From assembly GCA_951406725.2 (NCBI GenBank), contig OX597814.1, forward strand, positions 6,634,001-6,698,000: 64,000 nucleotides of DNA, given 5' to 3'. Position numbers and translations under genes: made by a program. Below, one piece after another: positions 63,886-64,000 of the stretch. This DNA is from Octopus vulgaris (taxonomy: Eukaryota). The notes under the pieces are model-generated. The model saw only the letters and a program-made list of their open reading frames with translations. It was not told the origin of the DNA and did not search any database. How positions within the stretch are numbered: the stretch's first letter is position 1; the number at the start of each line of letters is the position of its first letter.

Positions 63886-64000
63886 ATATCTATCTATCTG
63901 CCCCTCCCTCTCTATTTCACTGCACCATAACTATTCCTTCCTTCGTTAACACTTTCTAAATTCCCTACACACCTACCTACCTACTAACATATCTATCTGC

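Overview
This is an AT-rich, repeat-saturated eukaryotic window. The SINE families and the RTE LINE with (GAT)n tails look like a coleoid cephalopod, probably Octopus (inferred from repeat content, not verified). No intact host protein-coding gene can be supported; almost every ORF in the track is a decayed transposon fragment or a microsatellite artefact. Retroelements: one dominant RTE-clade LINE family in both orientations (a near full-length decayed copy at ~8.2-12.0 kb and a young 3' copy at ~50.9-52.1 kb), a second RTE family, R4/Dong-like restriction-like-endonuclease retrotransposons tied to (TAA)n and (CATA)n repeats, CR1-group, Penelope-like and Gypsy remnants, and three tRNA-derived SINE families. 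DNA elements: mariner and Tc3-like relics, a piggyBac-type MITE triplet and a non-autonomous Helitron. There are also many micro- and minisatellites. Most notable: a C4HC3 PHD-like finger inside the RTE reverse-transcriptase ORF; hammerhead-ribozyme-like motifs; a compact minus-strand promoter and first exon at ~50.0-50.4 kb; a cluster of Hox/Pbx-type motifs at ~15.7 kb; and a series of local rearrangement scars at 37-50 kb (nested inverted repeats, a 100-bp-arm hairpin, an inversion with a 121-bp inverted duplication, and a ~190-bp templated insertion). Boundaries of decayed repeats are approximate.
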